64,000 bases of DNA from an uncultured Candidatus Competibacteraceae bacterium (GCA_964599915.1 CAZRHR010000003.1:1478-65477), one strand, 5' to 3'; shown: positions 17,801 to 29,148, counted from the stretch's first letter. Program-made: numbers and translations. Notes: generated by a model not told the origin, from the letters alone.

Positions 17801-19644
17801 CTTGCAATTACATCTAGTTCTACCTTGAGATTCCGTATAATAAAGTCTTGACGATCGGGGGTGTTTTTACCCATATAAAACTCAAGCAACTGCTCTACAC
17901 TTTGGTCTTTTCGAATAATTACGGGCTCCAAACGAATGTCCTTGTTAATGAATTGGCGGAATTCATCCGGTGAAATTTCTCCCAATCCTTTGAATCGGGT
18001 GATTTCCGGATTTTTCCCCAGCTTATTCAATGCGGCCAAACGCTCAGATTCGTCGTAACAATAAATGGTTTCCTTTTTATTCCGAACCCTGAAGAGAGGG
18101 GTTTGTAAAATATACAAATGGCCTCCTTTCACGAGATCCGGGAAAAATTGTAGGAAAAAGGTGATGAGCAACAGGCGAATGTGCATTCCATCCACATCGG
18201 CATCGGTAGCGATGACAATGTTATTGTACCTTAAGTGCTCGAGGTCATTTTCAATATCCAAAGCGGCTTGCAAAAGGTTGAATTCTTCATTTTCATATAC
18301 CACCTTTTTGCTGAGTCCAAAAGTGTTGAGCGGCTTTCCCTTTAAACTGAAAACGGCTTGGGTGTTTACATCTCGTGCTTTGGTGATGCTACCGGAAGCC
18401 GAATCTCCCTCGGTAATAAAAAGGGTCGTATTTAAACGGTCTACATGGTTTGAGTCATAGTGCACCCGGCAATCCCGAAGTTTTTTGTTGTGCACGGCTG
18501 CTTTTTTGGCCCGTTCCTTGGCTATTTTCTTGATGCCGGCCAGTTCTTTCCGTTCACGCTCACTGGCCAATATTTTTTCTAAAATGGCCTGGGCTGTATC
18601 CGGAAACTTATGTAAAAAATTATCTAATTCTCTCTTGATAAAATCATTCACAAAAGTCCGAATGGTGACACCTTCCGGGGCGATGTGTTGACTACCTAGT
18701 TTGGTTTTGGTTTGGCTTTCAAAGATGGGTTCCGTTACTTTTATGGAAATGGCTGAAATAATGGAGCCTCGAATATCAGAGGGCTCAAAGTCTTTCTTGT
18801 AAAATTCCCTCAACGTTTTTACTACCGACTCTCTGAAAGCGGCTTGGTGGGTTCCTCCCTGTGGTGTAAACTGACCATTTACGAAGGAATAATACTCCTC
18901 TCCGTACTGGTTGCCGTGGGTCATGGCAATTTCAATGTCATCCCCACGCAAGTGAATGATGGGATACTGCACCTCGCCTGAAATTTCGTTTTTCAGCAAG
19001 TCCAATAAACCATTTTCCGACTTGATTTCCTGCCCATTATAATGGATGGTGAGTCCCGTATTTAGGTAGGCATAATTCCAAAGCATCCTTTCTACATAAG
19101 AGCTTCGGTAGTGATAATTCCCGAAAATCTCCACATCGGGCGTGAAGGTGACCAAGGTTCCGGGTTTTTCGTTGGAATCCTGCAAGTCTTGGTCGAGGGT
19201 CAGTTCGCCCTTGGAAAATTCCGCCGCTTTGGCTTTTCCTTCGCGTACACTTTGTACTTTAAAATAGGAGGAAAGGGCATTGACGGCCTTGGTTCCAATC
19301 CCGTTTAATCCGACTGATTTTTTAAAAACTTCTGAATCATATTTGGCACCCGTGTTGGGTTTCGATACACAATCTATCACTTTACCCAAAGGAATACCAC
19401 GGCCAAAGTCACGAACGGTAACAGTAGCATCTTTTATGGTTACTTTGATACTTCTTCCGTTGCCCATGACAAATTCATCGATGGAATTGTCAATGACCTC
19501 TTTCAACAAAATGTAGATACCATCGTCGCCGGAAGAGCCATCTCCTAATTTTCCGATATACATTCCGGGACGAAGCCGGATATGTTCTTTCCAGTCGAGG
19601 GACCGGATACTGTCATCTGAATATGCTGCGCTTGGAACTGCCAT
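17797..19644 (-). CDS. parE: Type IIA topoisomerase B subunit (615 aa; most consistent with topoisomerase IV subunit B ParE, GyrB not excluded)
   Basis: GHKL ATPase N-terminus ([20 protein letters not shown]...EVIDNSIDE), TOPRIM ([12 protein letters not shown]) and C-terminal tail. No large GyrB insertion. Confidence 0.6.
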   Translation of the reverse strand: MAVPSAAYSDDSIRSLDWKEHIRLRPGMYIGKLGDGSSGDDGIYILLKEVIDNSIDEFVMGNGRSIKVTIKDATVTVRDFGRGIPLGKVIDCVSKPNTGAKYDSEVFKKSVGLNGIGTKAVNALSSYFKVQSVREGKAKAAEFSKGELTLDQDLQDSNEKPGTLVTFTPDVEIFGNYHYRSSYVERMLWNYAYLNTGLTIHYNGQEIKSENGLLDLLKNEISGEVQYPIIHLRGDDIEIAMTHGNQYGEEYYSFVNGQFTPQGGTHQAAFRESVVKTLREFYKKDFEPSDIRGSIISAISIKVTEPIFESQTKTKLGSQHIAPEGVTIRTFVNDFIKRELDNFLHKFPDTAQAILEKILASERERKELAGIKKIAKERAKKAAVHNKKLRDCRVHYDSNHVDRLNTTLFITEGDSASGSITKARDVNTQAVFSLKGKPLNTFGLSKKVVYENEEFNLLQAALDIENDLEHLRYNNIVIATDADVDGMHIRLLLITFFLQFFPDLVKGGHLYILQTPLFRVRNKKETIYCYDESERLAALNKLGKNPEITRFKGLGEISPDEFRQFINKDIRLEPVIIRKDQSVEQLLEFYMGKNTPDRQDFIIRNLKVELDVIAS

Positions 19645-19710
19645 AGCACAAATATAAAAAATCCAAGGCGCGAAACCTTGGATTTTACTGATGTTAAAAG
19701 GAAAAACGCA

Positions 19711-21597
19711 TCAGGTTAAAATGAATTTGAGGCATTTTTTTACTTGGTTGTTTTGAAAAACCACAAAATAAATGCCGCGGCTGTATGGGCTGAAATCAAA
19801 CGGATGTCTTCCGGGAGCTACGCCTTCCTTCTCCATGATGAGTCGGCCATTTACGTCCAGAATGGTGATGTTTCCGGATTGCTTTTTGGTTTCAATGGTA
19901 AAATGCCCACGGGTGGGATTGGGAAACAACCGCCATTCAAAAGATACCTTAGGATCCGGCGCAATGGCCAGGCTGTCCATGTACTTCAACAAACTTTCTA
20001 TATGGGTCACTTCAACCTGTTGATTATCTTCTTCTTGTTGATTATTTTCCCGGCAATCGTTTCTGTAGGTGTAGCGTTCAATGATTTTCACCAGCAAGTC
20101 ATTCATTTTTTGAGGATTGATTTTATCGCCGCTGGGTTTGAGGTGGGTTCCGCCAACGCCGGATTCATCGGTTAAAGCGGTATAGGTACCACCTGAAATC
20201 AAGGCTAAACTTCGGAGAAAAAATTCAGTTGATTTATTTATACCCGAGCAGGCGAGTGGGATGATACGGATGCCACGTGCGGCCGCGTTTCTCACTTGTT
20301 GTTGGATACGCAGCTTTACCTCTTCGGTTTGGTGAGGTGGCGCGTCCAGTACCAAAAACATAATTTTGGCCCTGGCTTCTTCGGCCCAACCCATGGAATC
20401 TAATCCGATGGCCAGTCCTTCTTGCACGGCTTCGGGAAAGTCTCCGCCACCGCCGGCGCGCTGTTCAGCCAGAAATTTTTGAGCCTCAGCGGCGGTGCCC
20501 AAAGGTTGATGTCTTGTAACATATTGATCTCCAAAATCTCTATACACGACCGCCCCCGTTCTAAACTCTAGGCCTTGAAGTTTTTTTGCCACCCTTGTCA
20601 TGACATGGTTTAGTTCTGTGGTAAGGTAATGGAGCTCATCTCCCATAGATCCAGTCGCATCCACAACAAAAGCCACATCTACTTTGCGAGAAGCCACGCA
20701 GGATTTGGGAAGAACGATACGGTTGATGCCTTGTCCGGATAAAACCACTTTTGGCAAGAGTTGTGAATCCCATCCGTCCCCTGCAATCAGTCGGAAGCCA
20801 TTGGGGATGTCAGTCCCTTGTTTGAACACATTGGCCCATAGTTCCGCCCGACCGGTGTTGTCTGTTCGGGCCGCCCAAACCACTTCTCCGGAGGGGTCTA
20901 TGAGTGAAACGGGTACATCTACCAATGGAAAACGCTCCGAATTTTGCACTTCTGCGGTGATTCTCACTTTAGGATACAAAGCCCATTCTTTTGAAAAAGA
21001 AGCGAATGGACCATCTAGCAAATTGGAAAACGTGGACCATTTGGCCAAATCATTTACTTCCGCCGCGGTAAGCATGCCCGGACTAGGCGTGGGCGCACTT
21101 GCCGTGGTGGTGCTGGGTACATCATGTTCTACTGCGCTTGACATGGTTACAGACCGACCTCTTGGCGCTGCACCACTCATGGTTTCCTTTTCCACGTGGG
21201 AAAGTATTTCACCCCGATATCCCTCCATAGGATGGTTATGGTTACTTGCCATCCGAGGTTGGGGAATAAAAGCCTGAAGCAAAAATTGAAGGGTATCCTT
21301 TTTCAATTCATCTATGGAAAACCGCTGGGTTTCAGCTTTGGGAACATCCGGATGCCAAAAGGAAAACCATACTTTTTCTTGGTTAAAGCCCCCTAGGTTC
21401 AGTGGAAAAGAGGGAATTTGGCCGTTTGTATTGGTTTGACCACTCCACCACAATTTTGCCCCTTGGCCTACGTGAATTCTCACGTGCGATATGGGGTGAT
21501 TTTTTTGATTTAATACCTGAATGACTGGCGTCATGTGTTGAGCGGATAGCCATGTCCCTAGGACGAGAGAACAGCAAGTAACCATACTTATTTTCAT
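19711..21597 (-). CDS. von Willebrand factor A domain protein with C-terminal T9SS type A sorting domain
   Basis: Signal peptide. VWA MIDAS region (VDVAFVVDATGSMGDEL). C-terminus WRLFPNPTRGHFTIE...GIYFVVFQNN typical of Por CTD. Confidence 0.7.
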   Translation of the reverse strand: MKISMVTCCSLVLGTWLSAQHMTPVIQVLNQKNHPISHVRIHVGQGAKLWWSGQTNTNGQIPSFPLNLGGFNQEKVWFSFWHPDVPKAETQRFSIDELKKDTLQFLLQAFIPQPRMASNHNHPMEGYRGEILSHVEKETMSGAAPRGRSVTMSSAVEHDVPSTTTASAPTPSPGMLTAAEVNDLAKWSTFSNLLDGPFASFSKEWALYPKVRITAEVQNSERFPLVDVPVSLIDPSGEVVWAARTDNTGRAELWANVFKQGTDIPNGFRLIAGDGWDSQLLPKVVLSGQGINRIVLPKSCVASRKVDVAFVVDATGSMGDELHYLTTELNHVMTRVAKKLQGLEFRTGAVVYRDFGDQYVTRHQPLGTAAEAQKFLAEQRAGGGGDFPEAVQEGLAIGLDSMGWAEEARAKIMFLVLDAPPHQTEEVKLRIQQQVRNAAARGIRIIPLACSGINKSTEFFLRSLALISGGTYTALTDESGVGGTHLKPSGDKINPQKMNDLLVKIIERYTYRNDCRENNQQEEDNQQVEVTHIESLLKYMDSLAIAPDPKVSFEWRLFPNPTRGHFTIETKKQSGNITILDVNGRLIMEKEGVAPGRHPFDFSPYSRGIYFVVFQNNQVKKCLKFILT

Positions 21598-21654
21598 AGG
21601 ATGTGCATTTTACCTTCTCTTTTACCCTCCAAAAGGAAATCGGTTCAATGGAAA

Positions 21655-21680
21655 TAAAAAAACCGGGCATTTCGGCCCGG
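21655..21680 (-). terminator. Rho-independent terminator of bcp
   Basis: CCGGGC-ATTTCG-GCCCGG hairpin preceded on the plus strand by A8, so on the minus strand the hairpin is followed by a U-run. Confidence 0.55.
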
Positions 21681-21713
21681 TCTGGAGGTTTTACCTAAAA
21701 ACAAACAAGCAAA

Positions 21714-22172
21714 TTATTTCGCCAAAACCTCACGGATTTGCGCTGCATGGTTTTTCGTGTCTACTTTTCTAATGATGGCTTCCACATGTCCCGTTTCATC
21801 AATCACAAAAGTAACCCTGTCGGTACCCATATATTTTCGGCCATACATGGATTTTTCTACCCAAGTACCATACGCTTCATGCACAACTTTTTCCGTATCG
21901 GCCAGCAGTTCGAAGGGTAATTGATACTTTTCAATGAATTTGGTGTGCTTTTTTGCATCATCGGTACTTACACCAAGAACGACAAAACCGTCATTGGTCA
22001 ATTCAGCATAGTTATCGCGTAGATTGCAAGCTTCTGCGGTGCAACCGGGGGTATCATCTTTGGGATAGAAGTATAAAATGACTTTTTTTCCTTTAAAAGA
22101 GGATAAGGTGACATTAGTTCCGGCTTGGTTTGGAACGGTAAAATCAGGTGCAAGATCGCCAACGTTGAGCAT
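21714..22172 (-). CDS. bcp: Thioredoxin-dependent peroxiredoxin Bcp
   Basis: MLNVGDLAPDFTVPNQAG...YFYPKDDTPGCTAEAC (peroxidatic Cys motif). Confidence 0.85.
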   Translation of the reverse strand: MLNVGDLAPDFTVPNQAGTNVTLSSFKGKKVILYFYPKDDTPGCTAEACNLRDNYAELTNDGFVVLGVSTDDAKKHTKFIEKYQLPFELLADTEKVVHEAYGTWVEKSMYGRKYMGTDRVTFVIDETGHVEAIIRKVDTKNHAAQIREVLAK

Positions 22173-22215
22173 AAGGATAGATTTTAGAGTGAAAACAGAT
22201 GACCTGAAAATTGGT

Positions 22216-22587
22216 TCATGGAAAAAGATCAGGGTCTCGGACCAGCATAAGAATGGCGCCTTGAGGTACGATTAATAATTTTTCCTCATTCAGGCTTATT
22301 TCAAGGCTGTGTTTCTGCAGAAAATAGGCAAAATCGCCTTCTTTGGCTTGCAAAGGAAGGAACCGCGCTTCCTGTGCTTGTTCTTTCCAGGGTTCTTCAT
22401 CCGGATCCGGCGCAGCGATAGGAAAACCCGGACCAACTTTTAAAATGTACCCCGATAAGACGGATTCTTTTTCTGCCACAGTAGGAGGGAGGTATAGGCC
22501 TGAGGCGGTTCTACCATCAGGATTTTTTGGACGAATCAACACTTTATCGCCCACCATTTGTACCAAATCTAGGGTGTTAATTGCCAT
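22216..22587 (-). CDS. GroES-like (cpn10 fold) small protein, hypothetical
   Basis: Pattern KVLIRP...SGLYLP...GYILKVGPG resembles the co-chaperonin GroES family. The start may be the internal M at 22557 to avoid an 11-bp overlap with nth. Confidence 0.4.
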   Translation of the reverse strand: MAINTLDLVQMVGDKVLIRPKNPDGRTASGLYLPPTVAEKESVLSGYILKVGPGFPIAAPDPDEEPWKEQAQEARFLPLQAKEGDFAYFLQKHSLEISLNEEKLLIVPQGAILMLVRDPDLFP

Positions 22588-23227
22588 TTTTCGGTTGATT
22601 TTTCACATAAAAGGCGCAAAAAGGACGGAGGTGGCATACTTCACATTTGGGTTTTCGCGCGACACAAACGTATCTGCCATGCAAGATAAGCCAATGATGT
22701 GCCACATGAATTTCATTTTCTGGGATATGCCGAACCAAATCTTGCTCTACCGCCAATGGGGTTTTACCTTTGGTAAGTCCGAGCCGTCTTGACACACGAA
22801 ACACATGGGTATCTACGGCCATGGCCGGTTGTTCAAAAATCACAGAGGCCACCACATTGGCCGTTTTTCGTCCTACACCCGGTAATTTGACCAAATCCTT
22901 GATGTCTGAGGGAATTTCTCCCTGAAAATTGTCTACAAGCATCCGTCCTAATCCAGCCAAATGTTTGGCTTTGTTGTTAGGATAAGAAACGGAACGGATG
23001 TAGGGAAAAATGTCCTCTGAGGTAGCGTTTGCCAAGGCTTTCGCATCTGGAAATGCTTCGAAAAGGGCAGGAGTAACCATATTCACCCTTTTATCAGTGC
23101 ATTGTGCAGAAAGTACCACGGCCACCAATAATTCAAATGGCGTACGATAGTGTAATTCCGTTTCGGCCACAGGGTGGTTTTCCCGGAAATAAGCTAGGAC
23201 CAGGTCAAATCTTTCTTTCAAACGCAT
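22577..23227 (-). CDS. nth: Endonuclease III
   Basis: HhH-GPD (LPGVGRKTANVV) and C-terminal 4Fe-4S motif CVARKPKCEVCHLRPFC. Start placed at MRLKERF (23227). The ORF track extends to 23380. Confidence 0.85.
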   Translation of the reverse strand: MRLKERFDLVLAYFRENHPVAETELHYRTPFELLVAVVLSAQCTDKRVNMVTPALFEAFPDAKALANATSEDIFPYIRSVSYPNNKAKHLAGLGRMLVDNFQGEIPSDIKDLVKLPGVGRKTANVVASVIFEQPAMAVDTHVFRVSRRLGLTKGKTPLAVEQDLVRHIPENEIHVAHHWLILHGRYVCVARKPKCEVCHLRPFCAFYVKNQPKNGN

Positions 23228-23316
23228 AACAGGGCCACGAATATCTGAAATTTTATGCTGGAGACAAAGAAAAAAGGCGCCAGATGAAGGCGCCTTTACT
23301 CTGTGAATGCTTGTCT

Positions 23317-23934
23317 TTAGTTCATTTCTTCTAATGCACCAATCCCCTGGCGAATCACGACAACTTCCGTTCCTGTGCAATCCAAAATGGTGCTGGCTTC
23401 ATTATGTCCAAAGCCGCCATCCACAATTAAATCTGCCTTGTCGGCAAACAACCGATAAATTTCCTCAGGGTCTGTGGCATAAGCGAGGATTTCATCTTCA
23501 TGGTGTACCGACATGGTGAGTAGGGGATGTCCTAATTCTGCGATGATTTGGGCCGGAATTTTATGGTCTGCCACCCGAATACCAATGGTTTTTCTACCGG
23601 GCATCATTTTTTCTACTTCTGCAGAAGCTTGAAGTATAAAAGTAAATGGCCCGGGTAAAAGTCTATTCATGAGTGCATAGACCGGATTAGACACTTTTTT
23701 GGCGTAGGTACCCAAGGAAGTTAAGTCGGAAAGCATAAAAGAGAGATTGGCTTTTTCCACGGGTTTTCCTTTGAGTGCGGCTAAGCGTTCCCTTCCTAAT
23801 TTGGAATGCGCTGAAACGGCAAAACAGTACACGGAATCTGTGGGCAGGATTACCAATCCATCTTCTTGTAAGACTTGCACAATTTGGTCGATGTGCCGCG
23901 GGGCAGGAGCTTTTGAATACACTTTAGTGAGCAT
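23317..23934 (-). CDS. tsaC: L-threonylcarbamoyladenylate synthase (YrdC/TsaC family)
   Basis: QIVQVLQEDGLVILPTDSVYCFAV...LLPGPFTFIL...GIRV; 205 aa. Confidence 0.8.
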   Translation of the reverse strand: MLTKVYSKAPAPRHIDQIVQVLQEDGLVILPTDSVYCFAVSAHSKLGRERLAALKGKPVEKANLSFMLSDLTSLGTYAKKVSNPVYALMNRLLPGPFTFILQASAEVEKMMPGRKTIGIRVADHKIPAQIIAELGHPLLTMSVHHEDEILAYATDPEEIYRLFADKADLIVDGGFGHNEASTILDCTGTEVVVIRQGIGALEEMN

Positions 23935-23988
23935 AGCGGTATGTATTTATGAGTTTAAAAGAACCGAATACGAACCGCTTCTGCTTAC

Positions 23989-24648
23989 TTAAGCAGGGTT
24001 TCCCTTGGCGTAATCTGCCAAGAATTTCTCCAAACCTACGTCTGTAAGTGGATGTTGCAACAAAGCCATGATGGGGGGCAGGGGACAGGTAACCACATCG
24101 GCACCTGCCTCAGCACACGCGACAATGTGCATGGCATGTCGAACAGAAGCGGCAAGAACTTGGGTTTTGAACCCATAGTTCTTGTAAATTTTTACGATAG
24201 AGCGAATCAAATCCATGCCATCGGTGCTCACATCATCTAAGCGACCAATAAATGGACTTACATAAGTAGCGCCGGCTTTGGCAGCCAATAGTGCTTGGCC
24301 GGAGGAAAAGACGAGGGTACAGTTGGTTTTAATGCCTTTGCTAGAAAAATATTTCAGGGCACGCACACCATCTTTGATCATGGGAATTTTCACCACAATG
24401 TTGGGATGCAGTGCTGCTAAAGCATCGCCTTCGCGTACCATTCCTTCATAATCGGTAGAAATCACTTCAGCACTCACATCTCCGTCCACAATCTGGCAGA
24501 TGTCTATATAATGTTGAAGAATACGGTCTTTACCAGTGATGCCTTCTTTGGCCATGAGCGAAGGGTTGGTGGTTACACCATCCAAAACGCCTAGGTCGTG
24601 TGCTTCACGAATTTGATTCAAATTGGCCGTGTCAATGAAAAACTTCAT
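23989..24648 (-). CDS. fsa: Fructose-6-phosphate aldolase / transaldolase-like (TalC/Fsa family)
   Basis: [31 protein letters not shown]...; 219 aa. Confidence 0.85.
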   Translation of the reverse strand: MKFFIDTANLNQIREAHDLGVLDGVTTNPSLMAKEGITGKDRILQHYIDICQIVDGDVSAEVISTDYEGMVREGDALAALHPNIVVKIPMIKDGVRALKYFSSKGIKTNCTLVFSSGQALLAAKAGATYVSPFIGRLDDVSTDGMDLIRSIVKIYKNYGFKTQVLAASVRHAMHIVACAEAGADVVTCPLPPIMALLQHPLTDVGLEKFLADYAKGNPA

Positions 24649-24948
24649 GTTGTAACGTTTCGTTTAGATTTTCTTGAAAGGCCTGATTGTTTAAGGCAAT
24701 TTAAAGAAATCATTACCAATTTACAACCAGGATATAAAGTTTTAACAAAAGAAAGAGGCAAGTTACTTGCATCGCACCGCTACAACCTCATACCCTTGCT
24801 ACATTCCTGTCCTGGGGGATTCTGAGGGAGCTGGTCGCACAAGACTTGCCCCGCACAAAAGTAATACGCCGGTTCAATTTCCCCAAAAATAATCCACCTC
24901 TTTCTGGCTAAATTCAAGGAATTCCTTTCATTGGCCAAATAGGAATAA

Positions 24949-25845
24949 TCAAGGTTCTGGTATCCAAATGCTTTCGCCAGGCACTTCAGGAAAATCTTTT
25001 GCCTTCCACCGTGCAGAGGCCTCATTGAGTCGGCCTTCGGAACTGGCTACATAATTCCAACGGATAAAGCGGGGTTCGTCTAATGGCTTACCACCAAACA
25101 ATAAAAGACGACTTCCCGGCAATGCCTTTATAAATTGGCAGGATTCGCCTTCTGATACCAACATTTCTCCCGGATGTACTTCAAAGCTTTCTGTTTCAAT
25201 TCCACCCTGCACTACAGACAATCCCCACTCTCCATAAGTCTGCTGCATAAAGGGGAGCACGCCTCCCGTTTCGCCTACTTGAATATCCACCATATATAAC
25301 GGACTATAGACCGGAACGGAACTTGTGTAACCCGCCCAAGTCCCAGCCACCAAACGCAAGTTAAAATCTTCTTGACACCAAGTAGGCACTTCTTTTTCGG
25401 GTAAATGGAAAAAGGAGGGTTCCACATCTTCAAAGGCTTTGGGCAAAGCCACCCAAATTTGAAACCCATGAAAAACCATCTCTTCCATTTGTCGAAAGGC
25501 CTCCGGTGTTCTTTCGGTGTGGGTTACTCCTTTGCCGGCGGTCATCCAGTTGACAGCCCCTTTTTCAATTTGTTGCACGGCGCCAGTGCTGTCACGATGC
25601 TCCATAACGCCCTCAAACAAATACGTGAGTGTAGAAAGTCCAACATGCGGATGCATTCCTATATCTATCCATTTCCCTGGTCCAAGCTTTTCGGGCCCCA
25701 TATGATCTATAAAAATGAATGGACCTACCATTTTTTTATGGATAAATGGCAAAAGTCTTCCCACATGAAATCCTCCGATGGTTCGACTTCTTTCAGGAAT
25801 AATGGGACGTTGGGTAGACATTATGTATTTAATGGTAGGATGCAA
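24949..25845 (-). CDS. Pirin family protein (bicupin)
   Basis: RSRTIGGFHVGRLLP...GPFIFIDHMGP...HPHVGLSTLTYLFEG... Confidence 0.8.
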   Translation of the reverse strand: MHPTIKYIMSTQRPIIPERSRTIGGFHVGRLLPFIHKKMVGPFIFIDHMGPEKLGPGKWIDIGMHPHVGLSTLTYLFEGVMEHRDSTGAVQQIEKGAVNWMTAGKGVTHTERTPEAFRQMEEMVFHGFQIWVALPKAFEDVEPSFFHLPEKEVPTWCQEDFNLRLVAGTWAGYTSSVPVYSPLYMVDIQVGETGGVLPFMQQTYGEWGLSVVQGGIETESFEVHPGEMLVSEGESCQFIKALPGSRLLLFGGKPLDEPRFIRWNYVASSEGRLNEASARWKAKDFPEVPGESIWIPEP

Positions 25846-25928
25846 AATTACAAGAAGTATTGAAGGGTGGGTGTTTACCCACGGTTAAAACCGTGGGGGG
25901 GGGATGAGATTAATCTTACCTTTGGGCG

Positions 25929-26708
25929 GTGAAGCCATATCAGCATAAAAAACAGTTTGGGCAGCATTTTTTGAAAGATGCAGAGGTGATTTCCCAAACA
26001 ATTCAATTGCTCAAAGAGCGCTATCCGACAGGGAAGGTATTGGAGGTGGGTCCGGGGATGGGCGTACTTACGGAGCAACTTGTAAAGGAGAAAAATTATA
26101 CGCTTTTCATTAATGAAATTGACCGGGATTTGTTGCCTGTCCTGATTCAGACCTTCCATCAAATACCCCAAAGTCAGTGGTTACCGGGGGACTTTTTACA
26201 AATTTCGTTGGCAGCCTTGGGAGATCAATATGCCTTGATTGGTAATTTCCCCTACAACATTTCTACGCAAATTGTTTTTAGGATGTTGGAGGAGCGAATG
26301 CACATTCCGGTAGCTGTAGGTATGTTTCAAAAAGAAGTGGGAGAGCGGCTTGCCGCTCCGCCCGGGAGTAAGACGTATGGCATTACCAGCGTACTCACCC
26401 AAGCTTATTATCAAGTAAAACTTCATATTCATATTCCACCCTCCTCTTTTCAGCCCCCTCCCAAAGTGGATTCCGTAGTACTTTCTATGGAGCGTTTGCC
26501 GGAAGAAACTTGGCCGATTTGCGGCTTTGAGCCCCTAAGAAAGGTGGTGAAAGCGGCTTTTGGGCAACGGAGGAAAACACTTAGAAATGCGCTTAAAGGC
26601 ATCACCTTTCAAGGAATGGCCCCTGATGATCCCATTTGGGACCTAAGGGCAGAGCGCCTTTCCGTGCAAGATTTTACCCGACTGGCCCTTGCCCAAATGA
26701 AAACCTAG
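25929..26708 (+). CDS. rsmA: 16S rRNA (adenine1518/1519-N6)-dimethyltransferase
   Basis: KKQFGQHFLKD...VLEVGPGMGVLTEQL...IGNFPYNISTQIVF. Confidence 0.85.
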   Translation: MKPYQHKKQFGQHFLKDAEVISQTIQLLKERYPTGKVLEVGPGMGVLTEQLVKEKNYTLFINEIDRDLLPVLIQTFHQIPQSQWLPGDFLQISLAALGDQYALIGNFPYNISTQIVFRMLEERMHIPVAVGMFQKEVGERLAAPPGSKTYGITSVLTQAYYQVKLHIHIPPSSFQPPPKVDSVVLSMERLPEETWPICGFEPLRKVVKAAFGQRRKTLRNALKGITFQGMAPDDPIWDLRAERLSVQDFTRLALAQMKT

Positions 26709-26803
26709 ACATTCTACTTCATTTTTTTGTAAAGTTTAGGTGCTGAAAAGCCCATTTTAGTGGGCCTTAGCTGCTTTGTTTTCCTTAGCTTTGTCCCAAC
26801 GCT

Positions 26804-28156
26804 ATGGAAATTACGGCACAATTAATCCAATCCTTGCAGCGAGCAATCAAAGAACGCGACGAAGCTTCCATTTTGGAAGTGATTGGAGATATGCACCCCA
26901 TAGACATCGCCAGTATCTTCGAAAATATTTCTGCCTTAGAAGCCAAATACCTCTACACCCTTATGGATGAAGAGAAGGCCGCAGATGTGATTACTGAATT
27001 AGATGAAGATGTCCGCGAAAAATTCATGGCCCAGCTTTCCTCACGTGAAATTGCCGAGCAGTTTGTTGAAAACCTTGATTCCGATGATGCGGCCGACTTA
27101 TTGTCCGAATTTCCCGTAGCGCGGCAGAAAGAAATTCTTTCGGAAATCGAGGATCCCGAGATGGCCTCGGATATTGTAGATCTGCTTCAATACGATGAAG
27201 ATACCGCCGGTGGCCTTATGGCCAAAGAAATGGTGGTCATTCAAGTAGATTGGGACAGGAAGCAAGTAATTGAAGAGATTCGACGACAAGCCATTGAAAT
27301 TGAAAATTTTTACACCGTTTATGTGGTCGACGAACACCATAAACTGTTGGGTGTACTGCCCTTGAAAAAGCTATTGATTGAACCGGAAAGTGTAAGGGTT
27401 GAGGATATTTACTTGGACAAAGTCATTTTTGTAGATGTTCAAACCTCCAAGGAAGAGGTGGCGCACGCCATGAGTAAATTTGATTTGGTGGCCTTGCCCG
27501 TTGTCGACCAATTGGGAAGATTGGTGGGAAGAATTACCATTGATGATGTGATCGACGTTATTCAAGAAGAGGCGGAAAAAGATTATCAATTGGCCTCCGG
27601 TCTTACAGAAGATGTAGAATCGGATGACAGTGTTTGGGTGCTTACCCGTGCACGAACGCCTTGGCTTTTGGTGGGATTGTTGGGAGGAATCATTGGGGCA
27701 AATGTTATTGCACAATACGAGGGACAAATCCGTATTCATCCTGAAATGGCCTATTTTATTCCATTGGTCGCAGCCATGGGGGGAAATGCCGGGGTGCAAA
27801 GTTCCGCTATTGTGGTGCAAGGTTTGGCCAGTGGACGGAGTTTACGGCAAGATGCCTTGCTCAAAAAATTCTTTAAAGAAATGGCCGTTGGTCTGTTGAA
27901 TGGTGTGATATGCGCACTCGCCATTTGGGGCTATAATTTCTTTTTCACGGGAGATCAAGTGCTTGCTTTTACCGTGGGGACTGCCATGCTCACCGTTATT
28001 GTAAGTGCTTCAGTTTTGGGAACGTTTATCCCCCTCACTTTAAACCGTTTCAAAATAGATCCTGCGTTGGCTACAGGACCTTTTATTACCACCCTCAACG
28101 ACATTACAGGGATGTTCATTTATTTTTTCATAGGACGGCTATTGTATGGGGGCTAA
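26804..28156 (+). CDS. mgtE: Magnesium transporter MgtE
   Basis: MgtE N-domain, tandem CBS domains, then 5 TM helices (PLVAAMGGNAGVQSS). Confidence 0.85.
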   Translation: MEITAQLIQSLQRAIKERDEASILEVIGDMHPIDIASIFENISALEAKYLYTLMDEEKAADVITELDEDVREKFMAQLSSREIAEQFVENLDSDDAADLLSEFPVARQKEILSEIEDPEMASDIVDLLQYDEDTAGGLMAKEMVVIQVDWDRKQVIEEIRRQAIEIENFYTVYVVDEHHKLLGVLPLKKLLIEPESVRVEDIYLDKVIFVDVQTSKEEVAHAMSKFDLVALPVVDQLGRLVGRITIDDVIDVIQEEAEKDYQLASGLTEDVESDDSVWVLTRARTPWLLVGLLGGIIGANVIAQYEGQIRIHPEMAYFIPLVAAMGGNAGVQSSAIVVQGLASGRSLRQDALLKKFFKEMAVGLLNGVICALAIWGYNFFFTGDQVLAFTVGTAMLTVIVSASVLGTFIPLTLNRFKIDPALATGPFITTLNDITGMFIYFFIGRLLYGG

Positions 28157-29148
28157 ACCCAGCCGCCCATGTCCTCCGCTGCCATAGACTTTGACTTTGT
28201 TTCTTCCACCCAATCTTCATCCTTATCTTTCGGTGCAGGGGGTGTAGGAACACCCAAGTAATTCACCCTTTTTCCCGGCCAGATCAAGGTTTTCCATAAA
28301 TACACCAATAAACTTTTTTGGGATAAGGATGGATGCAGAAAAGGTGCTATATGTTTTTGATGATAAGATGGATACAGGCTCCAATGCAATCCCGGCTTTA
28401 AATGATGAGCGCCATGATATCCGTTGTTACAAACCAAAAAATTAAACAATGCACCGGTAAAATTCCGACTATGATTATAGGGATGGTCTGGGTCACAGCC
28501 ATCGTGCTGCCAAAAATTGGTGCCAAAAATACCCCAAACGGCATACAGGTTAGGAATAAACAGCAGTACCAAAGCCAACTTCCAATTCCAAGCCAGAAAA
28601 ACAATTTTCCAAATCCAAGCCAGTGCCCATTCCAGCCTATATTGCCGATACCAAACCGGTTTTGAGGGGCCTACCTCGACCAAAAAACGATGTTCTGTTC
28701 GAATGATTCCAGGAATCATTACAAAAAAGAATAAAACTTGATTTAAGAAATTCCATCGAAACCGCATTTTGGTAGTGCGGGTATTGTCTTTGGCCGTTTG
28801 CAAATGTTTGTGGTGGCTTAGGTTATGTCCCGGGACATAGCCTGCAGCGGGCGCGCCGAAAGCAAGCGTTAGCAAAACTTGGTGAATTGTATTCCATTTT
28901 TTCTCCACAAAAACAGGACAATGGACGGTATTGTGAATGGTGATGGCCACCATAAAATTCAGCATACACAGCAAGGGTAAAAAAACGACCCAAACGAACC
29001 ATGGCAAATGCGGCGTAGGAGCTTTCCAAAAGTACACAACAGCTAGGTCATGGCTAGGAAGAAAACTAAACCAAAGAATACCAAAAAGCAGAAAATACAA
29101 CCCTAAAAACGCTAGTGAACGGACATCAGCGTGGTACCTTAATGTCAT
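28153..29148 (-). CDS. Membrane fatty acid desaturase family protein
   Basis: Histidine boxes HNTVH, HNLSHHKH, HGAHHLKP, and multiple TM helices. Confidence 0.7.
   Translation of the reverse strand: MTLRYHADVRSLAFLGLYFLLFGILWFSFLPSHDLAVVYFWKAPTPHLPWFVWVVFLPLLCMLNFMVAITIHNTVHCPVFVEKKWNTIHQVLLTLAFGAPAAGYVPGHNLSHHKHLQTAKDNTRTTKMRFRWNFLNQVLFFFVMIPGIIRTEHRFLVEVGPSKPVWYRQYRLEWALAWIWKIVFLAWNWKLALVLLFIPNLYAVWGIFGTNFWQHDGCDPDHPYNHSRNFTGALFNFLVCNNGYHGAHHLKPGLHWSLYPSYHQKHIAPFLHPSLSQKSLLVYLWKTLIWPGKRVNYLGVPTPPAPKDKDEDWVEETKSKSMAAEDMGGWV

Noticed and set aside
24649-24948. ORFs 24598-24825 (+) and 24780-25025 (-) in the fsa-pirin intergenic region
   Set aside because: Short, without homology or signal features. 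The region more likely holds the fsa promoter and pirin terminator.
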